A DNA stretch of 64,000 bases from Candidatus Rariloculaceae bacterium (GCA_965262365.1 OZ253541.1:962292-1026291), one strand, 5' to 3'. Shown: positions 9,885 to 20,740, counted from the stretch's first letter. Notes: a model not told the origin generated them from the sequence alone. Translations and numbers: made by a program.

Positions 9885-10886
9885 TTAGTACAGGACGCGG
9901 GAGGCCACATCCGGATCGCAGGTATTGGGCAGCATTTGCATATCCGGCGCATGAGCCCAGGTAGTCGAGCCCGTAACGGGCTCCGTCAGATACTCCGAAT
10001 CCTCGTACATGTATTCAATCTGTACGTTTCTGCCGTCTTCGCTGAGCGTATATCGCTCGACGGCATGACGGCCCAGGCCGGAGGGGATGCCGCGGCCATT
10101 GCCCCAGCGATGCTCCTCGAAGCCGACCGTATCGACAGCGAGCGTGTCTCCCTCCCACCAGCCGATCGAATGACCCTGATTGCTCGGCGTGAGATCCGCC
10201 GGGTGTTCGCGGCTGTCCATGTAGACGGTGCGTGTGACCTCGTTGTACTCGGCTTTCAGAAGAATGACGTCGTCGAGGATCTCGACTTCGTGCAGGTAGG
10301 GCCCGCCCATGTTGCCGGGCGGCATACCGTAGATGCACTCAGCCATCGGGTTGTCGTTCTCACTGTATTCCGCGGCTGCCGCGACCGCCTTCTCCGTCAG
10401 CGGCAGATGCGTGGCCGCCCTGTCGCGCGGCCCGGCGCCCCTCCAGCTCGCGTTCGACCAGACGCCGACGAGACTCTCGGCGGACGGCACGTCGTCAGCG
10501 GGGCCACGGGCCTGGCCCTGCGATGACAGCGTGGTGCCATCCGCTTTCGTGTAGGTCATGCCGAACAACAGTCTGCGCTCGGGGTTTTTGTCAGGATTGG
10601 CGCGGATCGTGATGACGTCGCCGACGGCGAGCGAGTCACGGCTCCAGCCGCGGCGCACCAACCCCATCGTCGACTGCATCTCGACTTCCCATTCCGTCAT
10701 GACGCCGTTCGCGTCCGGCGCTTCGATATAGGCGTAGACATGTGGATTGACCCACTCCCAGCGCGTGACCACCGCTTCGAATGCGATGACTTCATCGGAG
10801 AAGTTGGCGCGTGAGTGATGGGCTATTGCGGGCACGAATGCGGACGCGAGCGCAAGTCCGCAAACAATCGATATGCTGCTTTTCAT
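9885..10886 (-). CDS. Secreted DUF6152 plus C-domain fusion protein
   Basis: AIA|HHSRAN, WVNPH, ECIYGMP, GHSIGWWEGD, terminal Cys. Confidence 0.85.
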   Translation of the reverse strand: MKSSISIVCGLALASAFVPAIAHHSRANFSDEVIAFEAVVTRWEWVNPHVYAYIEAPDANGVMTEWEVEMQSTMGLVRRGWSRDSLAVGDVITIRANPDKNPERRLLFGMTYTKADGTTLSSQGQARGPADDVPSAESLVGVWSNASWRGAGPRDRAATHLPLTEKAVAAAAEYSENDNPMAECIYGMPPGNMGGPYLHEVEILDDVILLKAEYNEVTRTVYMDSREHPADLTPSNQGHSIGWWEGDTLAVDTVGFEEHRWGNGRGIPSGLGRHAVERYTLSEDGRNVQIEYMYEDSEYLTEPVTGSTTWAHAPDMQMLPNTCDPDVASRVLY

Positions 10887-10908
10887 TCCGGTTCCCCTCC
10901 TCGGCACG

Positions 10909-11994
10909 TTACCGCACCTTGTCATGCCAAACCGCCTGATTCGGTCGGATATTGTTCTCGCCGCTAAGCTCTACACAGCCGTACGGCTCGTAAGGCGCGG
11001 AAGACAGCGCCTGAAAGTCCTGGCCGCGAATGATGGACTCGATGAACAGCGGATCCTCGATCGTGTAGTCGCGAGTCAGCACGAGCTCCTCGGGGTCCAC
11101 GCGGAACCGTTCCACGAGATGCATCTGATCGCTATGCGCCGTCCCATCCCGATGCGCGAGCACACCCTGCTCGAAACCGATCGTATCAACGACCAGCGTG
11201 TCGTGCTCCCACCAGCCGATCGAGTGTCCGCCCGCGCTTGGGGTGATGTCATCAGGGCGTTCGCTCGTGTTCAGGTGAATCGTGCGCACGAAATCCATGA
11301 AGCCGTATTGCAACGTGATCTCGCCCTCCGCCTGATAGATATCGTTGACGTGGCGGTCGTGATTCCAGCCGTTGATGACATTGTAGACATGACATCGCAG
11401 AATGGGATCGTCGAAGGCCATCTCGTAGCCTTCGCGCGCCGCGAGGCCGGCCGCAGTCGGCACGGCGGAATCGCGGAATCCGCGGCTCGAGCCCATGCCG
11501 AAAGAGAGCGTGACCCAGGGCCCTGTCAGATTCGGTTGACCATTGTCCAGAAATGCCGCACGCGCTAACCCGGACGTATCCAGGTAACCCGTCGTCACGA
11601 CTCCGTCCTCGAATTCGGAGTTGCGCGCGAATTCGGGACCTCCATCGAGGCGAAAGTTGCTCATGTAGCAAACATGATCCTCGCGACGCGCCGGCGATCC
11701 CGTGATCTCGATGTACTGACCAGGCTGGAACGTGTCCTTCGTCCATCCACGGCGCCGAAGCGTCGTGGCAGCAGAAAGTTCGCAGCGCCAATCCTGGATG
11801 GTGCCGTCGTCCGCCGTCACATCGAAATAGACGTAGGCATGGGGATTGACGAAACTCAGCTCCGTCACGACGCCCTCGACCGTGATCGGATTGTCGAGAT
11901 CGAAATGCGGATCCGAAGAGTGATGGGCACCGGCTGCCGCAGATATCGCGACGCCCGCTGCCGCCAGCCAGCATCGTCGAGCACGATAGTTCAT
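10909..11994 (-). CDS. Secreted DUF6152 plus C-domain fusion protein
   Basis: AGA|HHSSDPHFD, FVNPH, WRCEL, GHSIGWWEHD, PYGC. Confidence 0.85.
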   Translation of the reverse strand: MNYRARRCWLAAAGVAISAAAGAHHSSDPHFDLDNPITVEGVVTELSFVNPHAYVYFDVTADDGTIQDWRCELSAATTLRRRGWTKDTFQPGQYIEITGSPARREDHVCYMSNFRLDGGPEFARNSEFEDGVVTTGYLDTSGLARAAFLDNGQPNLTGPWVTLSFGMGSSRGFRDSAVPTAAGLAAREGYEMAFDDPILRCHVYNVINGWNHDRHVNDIYQAEGEITLQYGFMDFVRTIHLNTSERPDDITPSAGGHSIGWWEHDTLVVDTIGFEQGVLAHRDGTAHSDQMHLVERFRVDPEELVLTRDYTIEDPLFIESIIRGQDFQALSSAPYEPYGCVELSGENNIRPNQAVWHDKVR

Positions 11995-12094
11995 AAGGTC
12001 TCCTAATCTAGACTGCAGTACAAGCTATAACAAGGAAAAGAAATGCTCCGACATGCGTTCGCGAATAGCCGGATCGGGGAAGCATCAGTCCGTA

Positions 12095-13675
12095 TTACAG
12101 ATCGCTCGACAGCTCTTCACCGAAGTCGACAGGGGCATTCGCCTCTTTACCGATATGAGTCCATTCGTCGATCAGACGCGTGTAGATCTCCGGGTAGCGC
12201 AGCGAGAGATCCGTCGTCTCGCTCGGATCGTCTCTCAGATTGTAGAGCTCCCAGCTACCTGAGCCGCGCGGTGGATTGCCACGCACTAACTTCCAGTCAC
12301 CGCGATAGAAGGCGGAGCTGTACCACGTCCCCACACTGCTATCGTCGTGAACGACGGCCTCACTGCCGTGCAGGAGACTCAGAAATGAGCGACCACGAGC
12401 AGGCAGCACACTACGTCCCTCATACTCAGTACCCGGATGTGCGGAACCGGCCATTTCGAGGAACGTGGGCATCAGGTCCATCACGGTCAAGAACTCATTG
12501 TTCAAACCGCCTTTGTTCGCCAGCGATTCGTGATAAACGAACGCGGGCACACGCAGCCCTCCCTCGAGCTGCGTACCCTTGTTCCACTTGAACGGTGCAC
12601 TGATCGAGTCTCCCCAGCTCCAGGTCGAGACGTATGAACCAGGTTTCCCGAGGTTTTCGTAGCTGTTGTCGACTTCCTCGTCAATGGTCCGAATCGATAC
12701 ATCGGCGCCGTTATCGGAAGAAAACACTATGATCGTACTATCGAACTGCCCCGATTCCCGAAGGTAGAGAATGAGCCGGCCGACGTGGAAATCCAGATTC
12801 TCGACCATGGCTGCGTGGAGTTCCATCTTCCGGGATTCGACGCGTTGCTCCTTCTCGGTATATTCGGACCACTCGGCGCTGCGCGTGTAATTCTCTAACG
12901 AGAAGCCTCCAGGCAGCACACCCATCTCGCCAGCCCGCTGTACCCGTCGTCGGGTCAACTCGTCATAACCCTGGTCGTAGACGCCGTCGTATCGATGCAG
13001 ATAATGGTCGGGCACCTGCATTGGCCAGTGAGGCGAAGTTGGCGTGTACCATGCGAAGAAGGGCACGCCGTCGCCCTCGTTCTCCTGCAGATACTCGATC
13101 ATTCTGTCGGTGTAGTAACGCGTCGAGTAGAAGTCTTCGGGCAAAACGACTTCCTGACCATTCTCCAGATACCGTCCCGGGCGAGTATCCAGAAAATGCT
13201 TTGCGGCACCGCTCATCAGAACGAAGGATGAGTCGAAACCTCTTGTTGCGGCGTTATCCTCCGTGCCGTTACCGACATGCCATTTGCCCGACATGTACGT
13301 GTGGTACCCGGCATCCTTCATCAACTGGGGCAATGCGACGACATTCGGTACAAGGGCCCGGTTGTTTCCGATACCGGTCGGCGTAGCGCCTACTTCGGTG
13401 TAGGTTCCGCTCAACAGCATGGTGCGTGTCTGCGAACACGCGGGTCCGACATGGTAGTTGGTGAGTCGAACACCACCGAGTGCTAATGCATCCAGGTTCG
13501 GAGTACGAATTTCCGATCCGAAAGAACCTATATCGGTATACCCCATATCATCCGCCATTATCAGCAGGATGTTGGGCCGATCGCTTTCCTGAGCGGAAGC
13601 CGATGGCGCTGTCAATAACCCAAGAAGGACGAAGACGCCCCCGAGTAGCACCGCCAAGTTCGCATTTTTAGTCAT
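12095..13675 (-). CDS. Arylsulfatase (Cys-type, non-canonical CSQTR motif)
   Basis: RPNILLIMADDMG, ACSQTR, GKWHVG, TSPHWP, SSDNG, WELYNL; start moved to MTKNANL. Confidence 0.9.
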   Translation of the reverse strand: MTKNANLAVLLGGVFVLLGLLTAPSASAQESDRPNILLIMADDMGYTDIGSFGSEIRTPNLDALALGGVRLTNYHVGPACSQTRTMLLSGTYTEVGATPTGIGNNRALVPNVVALPQLMKDAGYHTYMSGKWHVGNGTEDNAATRGFDSSFVLMSGAAKHFLDTRPGRYLENGQEVVLPEDFYSTRYYTDRMIEYLQENEGDGVPFFAWYTPTSPHWPMQVPDHYLHRYDGVYDQGYDELTRRRVQRAGEMGVLPGGFSLENYTRSAEWSEYTEKEQRVESRKMELHAAMVENLDFHVGRLILYLRESGQFDSTIIVFSSDNGADVSIRTIDEEVDNSYENLGKPGSYVSTWSWGDSISAPFKWNKGTQLEGGLRVPAFVYHESLANKGGLNNEFLTVMDLMPTFLEMAGSAHPGTEYEGRSVLPARGRSFLSLLHGSEAVVHDDSSVGTWYSSAFYRGDWKLVRGNPPRGSGSWELYNLRDDPSETTDLSLRYPEIYTRLIDEWTHIGKEANAPVDFGEELSSDL

Positions 13676-13737
13676 TCGCCGAATACTCCGAGTAGTTCGT
13701 TTGGCTTTCCAGCTACAGCTAGAACTCGAATAGCGCA

Positions 13738-14760
13738 TTAGTTCGTGCAGTCGAAAGGTTCGATAGTCATCGCCGATAGCCATAGCCAGCTCTTATCGAG
13801 CACGACCGGCTCCGTGAACGTCGCCGGGTCGGTGATCGTCAATGTGTAATCGAGGCGGCCGCCGTCTTCCTGCAGTGAAAATGTCTCGACCGTTTCAACG
13901 GAGTCGCTAAGCGGAATACCGCTTGTATTGAAATGCGGCCAGCTAATACCCGTCGTCTCGGCAATCAGGATATTCCCTTCCCAGCGCCCGACTGAATAGC
14001 CGAGTGGTCGGGACTCTGCCCATTCCGGCTCGCTGCCATCCAGGTAGATCGTACGTACGGTGTCGTATTCCTCCAGCATCAATACGACATTGCCGTCCCT
14101 CTCCAGGATCTGCATCGGATAGGGCTGCCCCATTATCGTCGGCATACCTTTCGGTGCGCAGTTGAGTGTTGGCGCGTCCGTTGCAGGATTGAACGCCTCA
14201 GCGGCTGCTTCCGCCTGTGCCGTCAGTGGATAGCTTGTGTTCCATAGTCCGCCGAGACCGCCACTGTTAATCGGCGTGCTCCAGACACGGAAGATTCCGA
14301 GATCCGGACGAGAGCTGTCACCCGCAGCACCGAATCCCGGCCCGGTTGTGCCGAGCGCTTGTTCGGACCATCTCGGGCCATCGTTGCCCAGAACAATCTC
14401 GCTGCGATTCGGCGTAAGCAGATTGCGTACGTACATCTGATTAGATCCGTCCTTCGCGGGATTGCCCGCTACTCGAACGGTGTCGCCGACATCGATCCGC
14501 AGATCGCTAACTCCACGCCGGCGCAAAGTGGTCAACGAGGTCATCTCGATATCCCACTGCTCAATTCGATCGCTTCCGTCCGCGGCCGTGATCGAAAAAC
14601 GAACGTGGGGATTACGCCAGAGCAAGTTTGTCACAACGCCCTCAGCTTCGACCAGCCGACTCGTGTCGAACGTTCCAGCAACACTGTGGTGCGCGGTCGC
14701 GACGAACGGCAAAAGCGCCGCAGCGCTCACGAAACCTAAACGTCGCACGACATCGTTCAT
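13738..14760 (-). CDS. Secreted DUF6152 plus C-domain fusion protein
   Basis: ATA|HHSVAGTFD, WRNPH, CAPKGMP, GYSVGRWEG, PFDC. Confidence 0.85.
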   Translation of the reverse strand: MNDVVRRLGFVSAAALLPFVATAHHSVAGTFDTSRLVEAEGVVTNLLWRNPHVRFSITAADGSDRIEQWDIEMTSLTTLRRRGVSDLRIDVGDTVRVAGNPAKDGSNQMYVRNLLTPNRSEIVLGNDGPRWSEQALGTTGPGFGAAGDSSRPDLGIFRVWSTPINSGGLGGLWNTSYPLTAQAEAAAEAFNPATDAPTLNCAPKGMPTIMGQPYPMQILERDGNVVLMLEEYDTVRTIYLDGSEPEWAESRPLGYSVGRWEGNILIAETTGISWPHFNTSGIPLSDSVETVETFSLQEDGGRLDYTLTITDPATFTEPVVLDKSWLWLSAMTIEPFDCTN

Positions 14761-14763
14761 GCG

Positions 14764-14814
14764 TTACTCGACGCACTCGAAGAGCTGAACCGATTCACCG
14801 GGACGCCACAGCCA
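14764..14814 (-). pseudogene. Last 16 codons of another DUF6152-type C-domain gene
   Basis: WLWRPGESVQLFECVE* resembles paralog ends (WVWIPGVEIEPYEC); stop is 3 bp before the next ATG. Confidence 0.6.
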
Positions 14815-15029
14815 GGGGGTCACAGGCCCCGTATCCTATCATGATGATATCCGGATTCTCGGCCTACATGAATCTTTCCAGATCCACCATAGCCTGAAGC
14901 ACGGCCATTGAAAGCTCTTTGCCTTCGGGAGGATTCTCAATGAAGACATCGGGTCCGCCCAAGCCGATAACGGGCATGAGAAAAAACCGGAATTGCCAAG
15001 CAATTAATTGTCACTTTGAAGAGACAAGC

Positions 15030-15939
15030 CGACCAGCCATCGGCTGGTCGGCTCGGTTCCGGGCCCTGATCCGGCGGATCCGTTGCAAACAGGTTGTAGA
15101 CTGAAAGTGCGACGCTCGATCCTTATAGGCTTCGTTTAGCCCGTCGCGGTAGCGCGTAACGACGCGGAAGTTATTGACGTTGAGCATCACAGGGAAAATA
15201 CCCTGCCAGTGCGGCATGCTGGTTACACCATTAAAGCCCATTCCGAGTTGGCGGCCAATCGCGCTGCAGACTCCCTCAGGCGGCGGGCAGAGGCCGTCGC
15301 GACCCCCGACCTCCCCGACCGGAAAGTCGTACTGCAGCGTGAAGGTCACGGCCGGGTTGAACGACAACGGGCCAAGAGGCGTATCGAAACGCATGTTGGC
15401 GTGCAGATCGAGGAACTGCGTGTTGACATAGCCGATGTTCACCGGCGAGTTGAGCAGCGTCGCGATATTATTCCTCGTCGTGTCAAGAATGCCGTCGCCA
15501 TTGACGTCAAAGTAGAGGGACGGATCGCTGTCGACTACCTTCCCGACGCACTTGGAGCCGTCGGGGCCGACTACTGGATACATCAGGGATCCCATCGACC
15601 CCCCGGTCTGTGTAATCGGGATGCCGTTGGCATCTCGAACATAGCACTGCGAGAGAACATTGTTCGCCGTCGTCGAGACGATCAGATCATTGAACTCGAT
15701 CTGCACGAAGCTACCGCCCACGCTGATGTTGTCGTTAAAGACAAAGTCTGCGCCGAACGTCAGGTTATCCGAGGTCTGCGGCTCCAGGGCCGCGTTCGGC
15801 CGTGAGATGTAAATAATCCGACGCCGGCACCCGTGTAGAGATACGAGCCGGTGACGACCACTTCTTCCAGAGAGGCGTCTTCCTCATGTTCAACCTTATC
15901 GATAGTGCCAAATTCTGTTGCTCTATTACAACAAGACAT
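15030..15939 (-). pseudogene. Internally deleted paralog of the TonB-dependent receptor at 17723
   Basis: SLEEVVVTGSYLYTG joined to IYISRPNAALEPQTSDNL...YRDGLNEAYKD, then out of frame GSSVALSVYNLFATDPP. Confidence 0.9.
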
Positions 15940-16096
15940 GGCTGACCTCTATTTGATGCTAGTAACAATCGTTCGAAGCTGCTATGGCGACTTCCTTCCT
16001 TTTTTCTACCCTTTTTCCACTCCGCTTCCGAGACGCAGATCTCTCTCCTATTAAAACACCCCAATTTGTCCGACTAGGGCTGACGCCGAACAAAAG

Positions 16097-16594
16097 CTAT
16101 AGTGGACTCGCGCTCGCGACTACCGTTGTAGTAGCCAAGTCAATCACGAACAATCGTGAGATGGAAAACGGGCCACTTTGTGGATTCTGTAGCTCCGGCA
16201 ACGCGCCTATATCCGGCACTGCCGTTGGCGTTCCCGAAGAGGCACCAGAGACTGAGGCACGCACTTCGTAGTGACTACCCGCGTACGCATTGAAGCACAA
16301 TTCGGATACCATAGAGTCCATCGTGGAAGTCGTAGCGCGCGCCTCTATGCAAACCCCGCGAGGCATCACTCGGATTCTACGGCTCGTCACTCGGACGGGT
16401 TCGCCACGAGCGTCATCAGCCGAAAGGATACGTGTTCTTGCTGCTGTCCGGTCGTTCGACGCGCGTGGGACGCTGATCAGTACGGTCTCACTATCGGACA
16501 TTGCTGGCCCGTAATACAACTGTTGTGGTCCGCTTGCGCATGAGGCCAATGCCAGACAGAACGTCATGGCAACAACGGAATTCATCGATCTCAT
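16097..16594 (-). CDS. Hypothetical lipoprotein
   Basis: Lipobox LASC after hydrophobic stretch. Confidence 0.6.
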   Translation of the reverse strand: MRSMNSVVAMTFCLALASCASGPQQLYYGPAMSDSETVLISVPRASNDRTAARTRILSADDARGEPVRVTSRRIRVMPRGVCIEARATTSTMDSMVSELCFNAYAGSHYEVRASVSGASSGTPTAVPDIGALPELQNPQSGPFSISRLFVIDLATTTVVASASPL

Positions 16595-16645
16595 GTCTAA
16601 TCCCTATAGTGGCAAAGCTGTCTCTAAACTCTACTCCAGAGTTAG

Positions 16646-16870
16646 CCCGGATATCTCACCAAAAAATGGAATGGGACCTCGCGAGGTGGTGGCGCGATTC
16701 GACGCCGGGCATCTGACGAGCGACGGCGGAGCCCTGTTGCTGCGGGAGGCGGACCTTCGGTTGGATTTGACGCGCCGGATCGCGGCGTGTTTCGCCGACG
16801 GGCGCCAGAGCGGGCGGGTCGAACACGGCGTGGAGGAGTTGGTGGCGCAACGGGTGCACGGGTTGGCGAA
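16646..16870 (+). mobile_element. IS1380-family remnant (left end plus transposase fragment)
   Basis: REVVARFDAGHLTSDGGALLLREAD...RVEH; 39 bp (16643-16681) identical to 20760-20798. Confidence 0.8.
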
Positions 16871-16911
16871 GGGGTCGAGGCTCCCGGCTCGGCCCTCAGG
16901 AGTCCGCGCGG

Positions 16912-17382
16912 GTGGCCGACTCGATTGCTGGTTACTGGTCAACGACCTCGGACGGTAGCTGGATCATCGACCGCCAGAACGCCGTGTGGAGTGGTCCGCG
17001 CGGGATCGGCGCCGATTGGCGTGACCCCTGGTCCGCAGCATTCGTCTCCTGGGTCATGTGTGAGAGCGGCCTCGGCGATGCCAATCGATTTCAGCGCGCC
17101 ATCGCCCACCATCGGTATATTAATCAGGCGATCGAAGCGCGCGGCGACAAGCCCTCACAGGCTGCGTTCGTAGCCTACGACGTCGGCGAGTTCTCAATCG
17201 AACCCGGCGATCTGCTCTGCTCGGCGCGACGGTCAGCTTATCGGTCGATTGAGGAGCGACGGAAGGATCTCGGCAATGGCGTACGCACTCACTGCGACAT
17301 CGTGATGAAGGTGGATGCGGCGAACGATCGAATTCTCGCCATCCGGTGGGGATGGACGCACTCGAGCACACTCCGACCATGA
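16912..17382 (+). pseudogene. DUF2272 (CHAP-like) protein fragment
   Basis: PWSAAFVSW, EPGDLLC, THCDIV; N-terminus missing and C-terminus aberrant. Confidence 0.7.
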
Positions 17383-17722
17383 GAGCCCTAAGGGAACGCG
17401 GTCACAGCTTGGACTGGCTACCGCTCGACTGACTCGAGTCGTCCGCGTGCCTCGTACCCCGAATGGCATTCGATTTTTTTCGCTTCTCGCCGCGATAATT
17501 CGAAATAGATACTTACGCTTACCATCGGATCAATTCTGCAAAGGTTCGCTAACCCCTTCATAAACCATGAAATAATGACCACTCGAACCCACTCCGGCAT
17601 CTGTGTCGCAGCATTGAAACGCCTGGGCCACTCGCGTACCATACTATCGGAATACTTGTAGCGCTCGCGCAACAGAAGAGCATCGCTTCAGACATGCACT
17701 GCACACCATAGGGGACTCAGTA

Positions 17723-20700
17723 ATGTTCGAATCTGGCAAACTTTCTTACAGTGCCATCGTCGGCACTTGCATCGCGGCACTCTCCCTCCCGCTCCAGGCT
17801 CAGGAAGATCAGGGCGCGGAGTTGGAGGAGATCGTCGTCACCGGCTCCTTTCTCTACACCGGCATCGACTCGCCGTCACCGGTTTCGGTGCTTTCGGGCG
17901 AGGACATGGTGGCTTACGCGCCACCCGATCTCGTCAGCTTCTTCATCAACAACGTTCCGCAGAACTTCGAGGACGATATCGGCAGCCAGATCGAAAATGA
18001 TGGCCAGAGCCGGGCGCGTTCGGACCGTAACGCGACGATCAATCTGCGCGGTCTCGGAGATATGAACACGCTCGTCGTGCTGAACGGGCGTCGCACAATC
18101 TCCTATCCGAGCCCGACCGGCACCGGCTGGTACCGCACCGCGATCAACTCGCTCGTGCCGCGGATTGCGGTGCAGCGGACCGAGCTGTTGCTCGACGGCG
18201 GCTCGGCCACCTTCGGTTCCGACCCGGTGGCCGGCGTGGTTAACTTCGTCACTCGCAACGACTTCCGCGGCTTCGACATGAGTATCAACAGTCGGACGCT
18301 GACAGAGGCTCCCGATGCCAAGAACGCGAGCGTTTCAGCGATCTTCGGCGCCGGTACCGATGACACGAGCATCATCGTGGCCATGGAGTTTCACCAGGAG
18401 GATCTGGTTGAGGTCATCGACGTCTCTCCGGAATTCGACGCCTTCCAGGCGAACCCCGACGTCACGTACCAAACGGGCTACGGGCTCGAAGCTAACGAAA
18501 CCCTGGAGTATCGCAACGCGGGGGGCGGCGCCCGATACGTCGATCCCGACTGCGGCAACCCGGCCTTCGGCGGACCGTTTTTTGCGGGTTGGCTCATAGA
18601 CGATCAGCCGCTTGTGCTGGACTCCGCGGTGGAAGTGTCCGACTACGCGTCTGCTACCGCCTGTGGGCGGCCGTACGACAACGGCCTTTTTGACGACGCC
18701 GGCAGGCTGCTCAACAACAATGTCAAACAAATCAACCTATTCTCCCGCGCCGAGCACCACTTAAGCGATGCGTTGCGGGTCAACGCCGAGATCGGCTACA
18801 GCCGCCAGCGATACGACGACATCGATCAGTGGGGCGACAACGGTTCCCAAGGATGGCTCATAGAACAGAACGCACTGGGCCCCGAGTTCGCGATTCCGGC
18901 CAACCATCCGGGCCTGGTCCGCGCACAGACGCTACGGCCGGGTTTCGGCATGGGCCAGCCCGTCTACGCCCGCGACGAGACGCTGCCGTTTCTGAGTGAG
19001 ATGCCCGCGTTCAGTCAAAACGATCTGTTCCGCGCAGCGTTCGGCGTCGAAGGCGACATCAATTCCAACTGGACATGGCTGCTCGACGGTTCTGCCCAGT
19101 ACAGCGATCTCCGCGCTGGCGTCCGTGACGTGGTCCTCGACCGCTATTCGCCGGCCATCAGCGGGCTGGGTGGACCGGACTGTCTCCCAGCCACCGGGAC
19201 ACCGGGCATGGGCGAGTGTTACTTCTACAATCCGTTCATGAGCTCGGCGCTGCCTGATGCGGCATCGCGGCAAACGAATCTCTCCCAGACCGGTCTAACC
19301 AACCACCCGGATCTGCTGGGCTGGCTGATTCCGTTGCGCACGGATGTTTTCGAAGGCGAGCTCTTCACCCTGGACGCGCGCATCACGGGCCAGTTCGGCG
19401 ATTTGCCGGGCGGGCAGATCGGTCTCGCCGCCGGCATCGCTTACCGCGAAGAAGAGGTCGGGCGCGATGCCGACGCCATGGTCAATGCCGGCGAGATGGC
19501 CACGCTCGGCGTCTTTAACGACTTCCGCGGCAGCCAACAAGTGAATTCGGTGTATTTCGAGCTGGCCTTGCCGGTCCACGAGGACGTCAATGTCCAGGTC
19601 GCCGGACGCCAGGAAGAGTACGACATTGGCTTCAGCGAGTTCTCACCGAAGATTGCCGCGCTCTGGACGCCGACCGATCGGTTGACGCTGCGTGCTTCCT
19701 GGGGTACCTCGTTCAAAGGGCCTTCGATCAGCCAATCGGCGGCGGAGACGATCTTCACCGGCATGGGCCCGCCGCGCACAACCGTCAGCGGTATGACATA
19801 TGGCATGGGTCCCGGCACTGGGTTCATTTATATTTCGAAGCCGAACTCGGCCCTCGATCCCCAGACGTCGGACAACATCTCGTTTGGCGCCGACTTTGTC
19901 GTCAACGACCGGATCAGCGTGGGCGCTAGCCTCGTACAGATCGACATCGAGGATCTGATCGTCTCGACGACGGCGAACAATGTGCTCTCGCAATGCTACG
20001 TTCGCGATGCCAACGGCATCCCGTTCACGCAGACCGGAATGAGCAATGCCTCGCTCATGTATCCGGTCGTCGGCCCCGACGGCTCCAAGTGCGTCGGTAC
20101 GGTGATCGACACTGATCCGTCCCTCTACTTCGATGTCGATGGGGATGGCGTTCTCGACACGACCCGGCAAAATATCGCTACGCTGCTCAACTCGCCGGTG
20201 AACATCGGTTATATCGACACGCAGTTCTTCGATTTGAATGCCAACATGAACTTCGATACACCGATAGGCTCATTGAACTTCCGACCCTCCCTGACCTTCA
20301 CGCTGAAGTACGACTTCCCGCTCGGGGATATCGGGGGTCGCGACGGTCTGTGCAGCGACGGCGTCTGTAGTGGGATCGGCCGTAGCTTCGGCATGGGTTT
20401 CAACGGTGTAACGGACATGCCCCACTGGCAGGGGGTCTTCCCCGCGACGCTCAACGTCAACAACCAAGACATTCGCGTTGTTGCGCGCTACCGCGACGGG
20501 CTGAACAACGCCATTGAGGATTTGCCGCAAGATGAGTTCCTGACTGCCAGGTGGGAACGCGACGAGGGTCAGTTGACGATCGACGTCAATTGGGCCTACC
20601 GGTTCAACCAGGGATCGAGCGTTGCGCTTTCGGTCTACAACCTGATTTCTTCGGATCCGCCCGCTCAGGACGCTCAGCGTTTCAACCAGCGTAGACGTGA

Positions 20701-20740
20701 GATCGGCCTTCAGTTCCGGCACTCGTTCGACTCCAGCTGA
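17723..20740 (+). CDS. TonB-dependent receptor
   Basis: Signal peptide, TonB box ELEEIVVTGS, plug NLRGLG..TLVVLNGRR, DGGSATFGSDPVAGVVNF; 1005 aa. Confidence 0.92.
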   Translation: MFESGKLSYSAIVGTCIAALSLPLQAQEDQGAELEEIVVTGSFLYTGIDSPSPVSVLSGEDMVAYAPPDLVSFFINNVPQNFEDDIGSQIENDGQSRARSDRNATINLRGLGDMNTLVVLNGRRTISYPSPTGTGWYRTAINSLVPRIAVQRTELLLDGGSATFGSDPVAGVVNFVTRNDFRGFDMSINSRTLTEAPDAKNASVSAIFGAGTDDTSIIVAMEFHQEDLVEVIDVSPEFDAFQANPDVTYQTGYGLEANETLEYRNAGGGARYVDPDCGNPAFGGPFFAGWLIDDQPLVLDSAVEVSDYASATACGRPYDNGLFDDAGRLLNNNVKQINLFSRAEHHLSDALRVNAEIGYSRQRYDDIDQWGDNGSQGWLIEQNALGPEFAIPANHPGLVRAQTLRPGFGMGQPVYARDETLPFLSEMPAFSQNDLFRAAFGVEGDINSNWTWLLDGSAQYSDLRAGVRDVVLDRYSPAISGLGGPDCLPATGTPGMGECYFYNPFMSSALPDAASRQTNLSQTGLTNHPDLLGWLIPLRTDVFEGELFTLDARITGQFGDLPGGQIGLAAGIAYREEEVGRDADAMVNAGEMATLGVFNDFRGSQQVNSVYFELALPVHEDVNVQVAGRQEEYDIGFSEFSPKIAALWTPTDRLTLRASWGTSFKGPSISQSAAETIFTGMGPPRTTVSGMTYGMGPGTGFIYISKPNSALDPQTSDNISFGADFVVNDRISVGASLVQIDIEDLIVSTTANNVLSQCYVRDANGIPFTQTGMSNASLMYPVVGPDGSKCVGTVIDTDPSLYFDVDGDGVLDTTRQNIATLLNSPVNIGYIDTQFFDLNANMNFDTPIGSLNFRPSLTFTLKYDFPLGDIGGRDGLCSDGVCSGIGRSFGMGFNGVTDMPHWQGVFPATLNVNNQDIRVVARYRDGLNNAIEDLPQDEFLTARWERDEGQLTIDVNWAYRFNQGSSVALSVYNLISSDPPAQDAQRFNQRRREIGLQFRHSFDSS

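Noticed and set aside
12095-13783. Long N-terminal extension of the sulfatase
   Set aside because: It overlaps the upstream gene's end; the signal peptide starts at 13675.
17418-17672. Short ORF upstream of the TBDR
   Set aside because: No motif recognised; probably promoter region or an unidentifiable remnant.
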